A stretch of DNA of 60,699 bases, counting the filler, from Bipalium vagum (Eukaryota): the NCBI GenBank assembly GCA_037834085.1. It is 2 parts of 2 records of this genome, joined end to end, with 100 filler letters (N's around TTAATTAATTAA, not from the genome) between each part and the next. Parts side by side here need not be neighbours in the genome. Positions count along the whole stretch, not along the records: positions 29,654 to 60,699 come from JBBMKC010255649.1; 1 more part is not named here. One strand, 5' to 3'. The position numbers and the translations under genes are program-made. Positions 51,501 through 60,699 of the stretch are shown here, in pieces. The notes under the pieces are model-generated. The model was not told where the DNA came from. It worked only from the letters and a program-made list of their open reading frames with translations, and made no database searches. Within the stretch, counting starts at the first letter, position 1, and each line of letters starts with the position of its first letter.

Positions 51501-52079
51501 ACGAAAGACAAAAGAGAGGTTTATATAAAATACCAACAAATATATAAAAACTATTGATTTTTGATTATATTTTTCCACATTATTATTATGGTACGAATTT
51601 TTGAACATATCTTCAAATATGGCTCAATGAAGAAAGTTTTTGGAATTGGCAAAAATAAAAAGTAATAATATGATAATGATAATAATAATAAATAGTAATG
51701 AGGCATTAAATACTGATCGAATTTTTTATTGACATAATTAATAAGGGAATTCCATATTTTCTGGGCAGTAAAAATTGATTTATTTTTAATTTTCTCTCTA
51801 ATTTTAATCAATATTAACAAATAGAATTATGAGATCCGAGAGAATTTAATGTAATATAATAAATTTCTTTATCTTTTTCGACCAAGATTTTATTTTTTTA
51901 ACTTAATTAATTTTTTACAATGGCAACAAAAAGTAGATTTATTGTTAACATGATCGATTCCTCCCTTGGTAATATAAATTTAATTCATACTGATTTCACA
52001 TTTCGTGTTTGTGATGAGTCATTGTCATACCAAGAGAATTTTTAATTTTATAATCACCAATTAAATAGTAAAATTTGTT

Positions 52080-52190
52080 TAATAAAATAAAGTAAAAAAA
52101 TACTTTGATTAATAAAGTTTTGTTTGAACTGAGTTTTTAAATTTAAAATTATTTGCAAAAAGATACCCATTGATTTTGCATCAACCTAAT
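52080..52190 (+). mobile_element. mariner 3' end remnant
   Basis: KYFD* followed by TIR-like CCCATTGATTTTGCATCAACCTAATA. Confidence 0.5.
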
Positions 52191-52924
52191 ATACTCGTAA
52201 TATTATAGGAATAGTCTGATCTGAATAGTTGAACAGTTAACTTTTCCAAATACTTTTTTCATATTCAAATCCGTTAATCCTTCCAAAACAAAAAATTTGA
52301 TTACCGCACGATTTTCTAATTTTTCCATACTAAAAAAAATGGCTAATCAAATTAAATCATTAAAAATAAATCATTAATAGCAGTAGTTCTCTGCAATCCT
52401 TTTTCTGCTTAGTAAGATTTCTGAGGGGTGAAAATATGTCAGAATCCCTCTGTTTATATATTTTTAAAAACTGATTTTCATCTGGGAATTATTCTTGAAG
52501 TATTCTCCAAAATCTTACTTAAAATTCTAAAAATTTTATTAAAATTCTAAAATTCCCTAAAAATTATTTTGTTATGATCACTAATATTTACCAAATACTT
52601 CTTTTAGACTTCTTAAAAAATAAAAAATACTTTTGGAGGGTTGCTTTTTTTCCTAAGTATTTCAAAAATAAAAATATCTGGGAATTTTTAATTGTTTCTC
52701 AAGTATTAATTAATTTTAATTAATAATAATAATAATAATTTTATTATTTTTAACATTTATGCTTTTTTTTATGATTTTTCTTGGTTTTATTTCCCCGGGG
52801 GGTGTCTTGGGTAAACCCAACAAAATAATGATATTAATATTTCTGATATTTAAAAAAAATATGTTTTCATAGAGAATGAAAATTTAAAAAATAATTTTAA
52901 TAAACGAATAACACATCATAATTA

Positions 52925-54176
52925 TTAGGTGTACAACTATGATTCCGGCTTTTTTTTAAAATGATGATAAAAATTTTGTTTGCATATATATCTAAATTAT
53001 ATTGAATTGATTTATAAAAAAAAATATCAATATAAATAATAATATCACGAGACAGTTGTTTTAATATTCCTTGTTTAAATATTATAGCGATTCAAAATGT
53101 CAATATTCATCCCAAAAAAACCACATTTGTGGGAAGTTATTCTATATTACTTTATTGCCAAGGAAACTGCAACTGAAACATACCGTTTGCTTCGAGATAC
53201 CTATGGAGAACATGCTCCTTCGATGACCACATGTATAGATTGGTTTTGCTTTTTTAGAAAAGGGCAATATGATACGAACGACAAGGAGCATGGGAAGCCA
53301 CAAAAACAATGTGAAGATAGAGATTTAAGAAGGCTGTTGGACAAAGACCCATGCCAAACACAATCTGATCTGGCTGTCGCATTAAATGTGACTCAAAAAT
53401 GCATTTCAAAACGTGTGGCAGCTTTAGGGATTATTCGAAAGTTACAAATTTGGATCCCACATGAATTGACAGAAAGATGTATTGAACGGCGAAAAACAAT
53501 TTGTAACGTCTTTCTTCAGAGACAGAAATGAGGTTTTTGCATCGAATTATCACAGGAGACGAAAAATGGATTCATTATGACAATCCAAAACGCAAAACAG
53601 CTTGGGTGATACCAGGTGAATCCGGTCCATCAACACCGAAACAAAATGTCCACGGTTCGAAAGTTATGTTGTGTATCTGGTGGGATCAGAAAGGAGTAAT
53701 CTATATGAATTTTTAAAATCTTCTCAAACACTAACTGGTGAACATTATCGATCACAATTAATTCGTTTGAAGCAAGCTTTGAATGAAAAACGACCGGAAT
53801 GGGAACTAGACACGAAAAGATAATTTTACATGATATCGCAAGACCACACGTTAATTCAGTTGTAAATAATTACTTAGAAGGTACAAAGTGGAAAGTCTTA
53901 CCTCACCCTCCCTATTCACCAGACATCGCTCCTTCGGATTACCATTTGTTCCGTTCTTTGCAATCAGCACTTTCCTCAAAGCGGTTCAGCTTCCTTGAAG
54001 AAATCCAAAATTGGATTGACAGCTGGATTTCATCACAAGAGCCAGAGTTTTTATTTCATTGAATTCATTCGTTACCTGACAGGTGGGGAAAAGTTGAAGC
54101 TTCCATTAGAATATATTTGCAATAAATGTCTTTTTTTTCTTATTAAAAAAATCCGGAGTCATAGTTGTACACCTAA
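52925..54176 (+). mobile_element. Full-length mariner element, mauritiana (Mos1-like) subfamily, frameshifted
   Basis: TA-flanked TIRs TTAGGTGTACAACTATGA.TCCGG. Transposase MSIFIPKK..., DKEHGKP, WIPHEL, ITGDEKW, MLCIWWDQ, HDIARPH, HPPYSPDIAPSDYHLF in three ORF pieces (53097-54062). Confidence 0.96.
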
Positions 54177-54739
54177 TATAATGGAATAAAAAATAAATAA
54201 TATTTTATGGAAATTGAAATTCATTTTGAATAATAATTTTTTCCATAAGTAAAGAATTTTAATTTTAAAAATAATGATGTTAAAAAAATAAAATTTTATT
54301 TCCTTCATCTATTGATTGTGAATTTCGGAACAATTTAGCTTTTCTACAAATAATTTTTGAAGAACAGAAACAACTATTTAAACAAAATAATTTTTAAATA
54401 TATTCTTAGACATTTTAATAACTTTTAATTCACCATTTGTAATAAATTTATGCATTTCAATCAGATAAAAATGAATTAAATTTTAACGCGAATTTATCAA
54501 AAAAATTAATTAATGTAAATATTTTCATAAAATTAATAATAATAAAACATAATATTCAAATATTAAAACAAGGAATTCTTAAGATCTTTTAAATCTCGTA
54601 AATGAAAATTATGTTTATTTATTTATATGGTGTTAGTTAAACAAGGGGCAAAAATTAAGGCCTCTTTTTTTTATGTCCTGTTGTTTCAAAGATACACATT
54701 TAAAGATTTTAAATACATAAACAATTTCAATACTTATTT

Positions 54740-55630
54740 ACAGGAACTGTTAAGAATAACTTTCACCTACTAATATTCAGGAATCCAATCTTCTCATTGA
54801 ATCAAGCATTCTATCGAAAACGCTGGGAATGTTCCTTATGGAATTGCAATCACTGCCTATCCGATTCCTTAAATCATCTTCATTTTCCATTAGCGTCTTA
54901 TAAACTAACGGTTTTAAATAGCCACATAAAAATAATCAATGGTAATTAAGTCTGAAGATCGAGCAGGCCATGCATGAGGTCCGCCTCTACCAATCCAGCG
55001 ATCATGATATGTTGCATACTAAACTGCACCGGTGCTGCATCATGCATAAACCACATGACTTTTCTCATTGCCAACGGTATATCCTCAAGCAATGTAGGTA
55101 GCCTCTAGTTTTTTGAATCACCTAAACAATTCAAAAATCGACCACAATTGAAACCCAAATGTTCAATGAAAACTGATATTGGAAATGATCTTCACTTCAT
55201 TAGATAACTGCATTAGTTTCAACCATTGACAAAATGCTAGTGGCGAAGGAAAATCTCTGTTAAGAAGTGTTGGAATGCGTTAAATGTGATATGGGAAGAG
55301 CATTCGTTATCTCAAAATTGGCCACACAGTGTAATTGCTTATATTCAATGCGTTTCCTATTAATCTAGTTGAATTATGTGGATCTTCCTCTACCATATCA
55401 CACACACCTTCAATTTCTAGTATTCATCCTATTTTTGTTCTTCTTGGTCCACCATTGTGCTTAAATGTGCTAGTTTCATGAATATACCGATGAATTCTTT
55501 CAAAGGTTTTCCTGTGAGGAACATCTCGTTTTGGAAATCATTCAGTATACAGCCGCTTAGCCTTTAAAGAATTCCCATTCGCTAAACAATATATAAAATT
55601 CATTTCTGTCCTTTCGGCGTCTATATAATG
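54740..55630 (-). pseudogene. Decayed Tc1/mariner-superfamily transposase with DUF4817-type N-terminus
   Basis: ANGNSLKAKRLYTE*FPKRDVPHRKTF, MWFMHDAAP, DRWIGRGGPHAWPARSSDL. Confidence 0.85.
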
Positions 55631-56002
55631 ATTAGTGATATGAGATTTAGGTATATTCTGAATATTTATTTAATATACATCTAGATTAATTTTAAATAAG
55701 GCTTACTATTAGAATATTTAAACAAAATATTTTAATTAATGTTGATTGATGATAATAAATATATTATCAATTATAGACATGTATTTTTGAAACGAGTTCA
55801 TAGTTAAAAAATATATTTATATTCATAAACATCAGAGGAATGTTTCCTTAAAATGTTGCTCCATATTTAACTAGTACCCTGTACTTTTGATTTAAAAACC
55901 TCAAAAAATGATATGAATAATTTTTACATTACTTTTTAATCCTCTAAGGTCCTTTGTTATGAAAAATTAAAATTGAGAATTTTTCCATTTGCAATACTAA
56001 TA

Positions 56003-56240
56003 CTAATAATATAGTCTTCCTTTATTCATTATGCCATGGATGAAATGTAATTTCCCCACCCTAGCACTTGATAAACATCCCCATATGATGACTGATCCAC
56101 CACCATGCTTAACTGTCAGTCGGAAGCACTCTACCTTCATTTCTTCTTTCAAAGTTCTCCACACAATAACTTTTCCATCGCTCCAAAATACATTAAATTT
56201 GCTTTCGTCCGACCATAGGACTATCAAATCTTTCGCTTTG
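56003..56240 (-). pseudogene. Tc1 transposase internal fragment
   Basis: VLWSDESKFN.FWSDG...TVKHGGGSVIIWGC.S...GKLHFI.G.MN. Confidence 0.9.
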
Positions 56241-57683
56241 TAAAATAATTAAGAACTAATAAGATAAAAAGTTACTAATATCTTATTATTATATTATATT
56301 TATTAATATTAATAAAATTTATTAAAATTAATTAAAATCTTAAATAACAAAAAATTATGATTTAATTTTAGAAAATTTCAAAGATAAATTTTCCATTTTA
56401 ATTAAGTTCTTAATTAATTTTTTCTATTTTCCTTATTTTTCATAGAAACATCATTAATTAATTTAATTAAGGTCTAATGATTATCAAGTTTTTGAAGTTA
56501 CTATCATATACGAAATATAAAGAGACCATGCCTTATGCTATATTAATTTTTTAATTTTATATATAATCTTTCGTTTTTTAATATTACAATAAATATTTTT
56601 AATATTTAATTTATTGCATTTAAACAAAATATAATTTTCCGATAATTCATAATATTGAGATTTATCAATAATATATATTTTCAATATATATATTTTAATC
56701 TTTTATCGATCCTGAAAAGCTTTATAAGATATTTTTATTTAATTGATTTTTTGTTAGTATATTTTTTTTTATGTTTGTTATTTTTTATTATTTAAAAATA
56801 AACAAAATAAACAAATTAATTCGAAAAATGTAAAAATAAATCATCACTAATTTATTTAAATATTTTCCCAGACGTTCATTCATTGATAAAATAATAACAT
56901 TTATTTTGCTATTTTTATACGAAAATAAAAACGATTTATGAAATAATTTTTTGCTTGGAAATAATTTTTAATAGTTTCCATTTGGAAAGAAATTTTATAA
57001 TTACAGAACTCATTCACCTGCTTAAGATTTTATGAACTGCAATTATATCATTGTCATCAACTTCGTTCGCTTGGAAAGATTAAATTGTTTAAATTATTCT
57101 TTCTTTCTGAACGAAAACATTGAAATTGTCCCTGTTTTATTTTCCATTATTTTCGATTTTTGAAACTGTTAATAATAATAATTAAAACGATAATGATAAT
57201 ATTAAAATGTAATTAATAATTCCAACAGAAACAGCTTATTCTCTTCCACGAAATAAAAACCGTGTGTTTCGAAAAACTATTTGAATAAATAATTTTCAGA
57301 AAAAATATCTAAAATAACATTAAATAATTTTAGAGAACGCTTTTCCAATATTATAAAAATTTATTTTCATCATCTCTATTTTTCATTTATTTATTTTCTT
57401 CATTAAAATTGCACACGGTTCAAGTCTCATATGAAATGTGTAAAATGAAATACAAAGTTTATTTATAAATCACAAGTACAAGGTATTGTGGTATTCATCA
57501 AAGTATGTATCCATATTGTCTTTAAACTTTCCATAAGCCGGATATTAAAGTAAAGTATTACATATTACTTGAAAGTGTTTGGAAGTTTTCAAAATAATTA
57601 ACTTCTTAACAAAGCCCATTAACATTGATTTTTTCTAATTTTATTAATTTTTGATAAAAATATATAGAAATAGCAGTTTTTCA

Positions 57684-57706
57684 TCTCTCTCTCTCTCTCT
57701 CTCTCT
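57684..57706. repeat. (CT)n microsatellite
   Basis: Seen directly in the sequence. Confidence 0.9.
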
Positions 57707-57739
57707 TCAAGTAGATTATTCATGAATGTCAGAAAAGAA

Positions 57740-58690
57740 TCGACACTTTACATTCCAGTTTACTTCCTTGATAATTTTTGATTTTCGCTTCCATTTAATC
57801 CGTGAATAGTATTGATCCCTATGGCGATCCTATCTTTTTGTTTATTACACTAGTTATTAAACATAAGCAATATATCTTTTGGGTTAAACTCTATTAACCT
57901 CGTTAAGATATATGATTTGCTTTTTATTCACAAATCAATGAAAATAACAACTGTTTATAAAATGTGAAAATTGGTCAAAAGAACAAATACGTCGAAAAAA
58001 ATACATCCTAATTTTCTGATTTTTTAAAATTTATAAAGTTGAAAAATTCAAATGTATCTCTCACTCCATATTTGATGTTCTTTAATGCCTTTATTAGTAT
58101 CAATGCACCAAACAGTTTTGCAGTAAAACCTATCACTGTTCTTATTGGCTGTTTTTTTATAGATCAAAGGAAAGCATATAATTATCGGGGTTTACACCTT
58201 GAATACTTAGCCTCTCTTATACGTCTGGAATTAGTATATTGTCGTTGTATGATTTTGAGTTTCTATGCTTTCCACAACTGAGTTTACCATCAACTTTTTC
58301 TAAATATTGGTCTTCAGTTAGAATTACTTAACCGTCCGCTTTATTTAACATTTTGATTACCAGATCCTTGCTACTAAATTTTTCTTAAATTCTTACTCTA
58401 TTTTTATTCATACACTTGTTATTTTTAATGTCTCAGTTGCCCTCTAACATTTTTCTTGTATCGTTTAGCTTTTTCATCAATTTGTTAATCTGAGAACATA
58501 TCTTTGCAGGGTTTCTCGATTTTTGTTTTAATCAATTGGAGTTGTTGCTTGGTTTAATTCCGTGATTTGGTTCGTCTTTTATAATTTCTACCTCCTCACT
58601 CATAAATTCGCAGCCTGAAAGATGTACGACGGTATTTTCTAAACGTAATTCACAACAGCCTTCCAATATATCACCAATTCTTGGTTTTTA
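57740..58690 (-). pseudogene. Penelope-like element RT remnant
   Basis: Colinear degenerate motifs ENTVVHLS, DLVIK..KADG*VILTEDQYLEKV, PIRTVI, FFDV...LTN, FNN...KQKDRIAIG correspond to VVNLS, KADKG..V.L...Y..K, P.RPI, SFDV.SLFTN, Q..G.AMG. Confidence 0.65.
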
Positions 58691-59859
58691 TTCAAATTAA
58701 TTCTCAATTAATTGTTTAAATTATTTATTTTTTATTTACACCAAAACCTTGAATCGCAATATAAAAAAATGATATTATTTCCATGGCAAATTCATTAAAT
58801 AATTCTGAAATGAGATTCATTTTGCAATTAAATTAGAAAAATAAATTAATTTCACATTAATTTTTAACATTTTGTCGTAATTATTATTTTATTATTTAAT
58901 GAAAAACGAAAAAAAAAAAAATCAAATTTTCAGCTTCATCACATCGTTACACATTGTTTTTTTGTTTTAATAAAGTAAATAAAATTCTAATAATAGTCAA
59001 TTATGGTTTCCATAATATTTTAAATTCAAAATTAACAATTTTACGCTCACAAAGTTTTTTTGTGATATTTTTTCAGATTTGCAAATGATTCCACCAAATA
59101 TGTCAAATGTTTTCCTCAATGATTAAACGGTCCAGATGGAAAATTAATTTATCAGTGACGATTTTTGTAAATGAAATGAATTATTTTTTCAAAAAAAAAT
59201 AATTAATTTGTTGAATCTATCGATTAGATGAGCAAAGTACATTAAAAATAATGGTTTTTCGAAAAATTATCAATATATAATTTTATTAATGTTTCATCAA
59301 CACATTCTAAGCTAAAGGGGGATATGGAGAACAACATAATATATCAAATATTAATTTGAAATATATTCTTAATATATGTTGTCATTTTTCTATATTTATT
59401 ATTTATTTATTATGGTTATTTTAATAAGAATATATTTCCCACAATCGTATTTGTGTTTATTTAAAGTACAAATGTGAATAATATTTTAAAAAATATATAT
59501 AAATTATAATAAACAGAATAAATGATTAATTCGATATTTTGAAAATTTTTCTTTGAATTAATAAAATTGCATTGTAATAATAAAATGATTTCTTTATTAA
59601 GAGGATTACCAAAAAAATTAATAATTTAATCAATAAATACACAAAAAAATAATTAACTTAATTTATTTTTCAAATAAACACGTTTAATCAAATTAATCTT
59701 GAAACAGAAAATAAATTTTTGAATAGATTTTGTTTTAATTTGATTAAACGCGATTATTTGAAAAAGAAATTGATTCTGTTCACAAGATTAAAATTAAATT
59801 AATAATATATAACATAATGGTAAACAATTATTTTTTTTTGCATTAGACATTTTCCTTTC

Positions 59860-60320
59860 ATATAAAAATAATAAAAAGAAACATTTGATAATTTTCGAGA
59901 TCGTCAGTGGGAAATGTCATAGCCAACCGTCTTCTAGGTTACGAAAGGTTTTTGTAAAAGTAAAACAATCAACTCCGATTATTATGTTAACCAATTGGAC
60001 CAATTTGAAGAAGAAATTCGTGTAAGAAGACCTGAATGAAGAATCGATTGAATATCCACCATATTACCCAGATTTGTCTCACCGCGACTTTTATCTCTTC
60101 TGAAACCTTAAATCATTAATTTGCATCAAATGAAGACGTTATACCAGGTATAGAACATTAGTTTGAAGACCTTCCGGAAATGGATTTTAGACATGGAGTA
60201 GAAAATCAACGGACTAAGTATATTTATGTGCCAGGAAATTATTTTGATTAATAAATATGTTTTAAATGAATTTTCGCATTCTTCCATTTTAAGGCTGAAT
60301 TCTTTTCTGAAACCTCTACT
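59860..60320 (+). mobile_element. mariner 3' remnant
   Basis: EYPPYYPDLSHRDFYLF*NLK, then FRHGVE...PGNYFD*, followed by TIR-like GGCTGAATTCTTTTCTGAAACCTCT. Confidence 0.78.
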
Positions 60321-60699
60321 TTTTCAAGATACATAGTACGGAAATCAATAATCAAATATAAAAACCCATTCATAACTAAAATTATTCGTTTTTTTAAAGT
60401 TTTCAATCACTAAAGAATGATAATATTCCAGAGGTTTTGTGGTTTAAATAAATAAATATATTAAAAATAAGAAAAATATTTTTAATGGTATTTTAAAAAC
60501 AATTTCTCCAAAGACTGATACAAAAAAGTATTAATAGATAAAATAATATTAATAAATTAAATAAATTATTAAAATTCTTTATAAATACTCAATAAAAGAA
60601 ACAACTGTAATTATTTTAATTCCCACTGAAAAATTAATTTTTCCCAAAGGCATTTATTACTAATACATTCGCTGAAAAATGTATTATTGACTATTATTA

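Overview
Very AT-rich eukaryotic (probably arthropod) intergenic or intronic DNA, largely a graveyard of mobile elements, with no confidently recognisable host gene. The main structure is a decayed Polinton/Maverick (adintovirus-like) endogenous virus at about 18.3-29.4 kb. It retains a pPolB N-terminus, A32-like packaging ATPase, penton, fibre-like repeat protein, adenain protease and pX-like core protein. A roughly 4.2 kb NeSL/Utopia-type non-LTR retroelement (Ulp1 protease plus RT) sits inside it, apparently splitting a small viral C2H2 zinc-finger gene. A second, different Polinton-like relic (pPolB N-terminus, HNH-like nuclease) lies at about 9.3-12.6 kb between two related LTR-like repeats. 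The rest holds more than a dozen Tc1/mariner relics and MITEs, a hAT MITE, a Penelope-like RT relic, a tRNA-Ala-like pseudogene, unidentified virus-like ORF islands and a duplicated 33-nt microexon candidate. There are two assembly gaps, one containing an artificial TTAATTAATTAA linker. All protein family calls come from manual translation and motif recognition; no database search was run.
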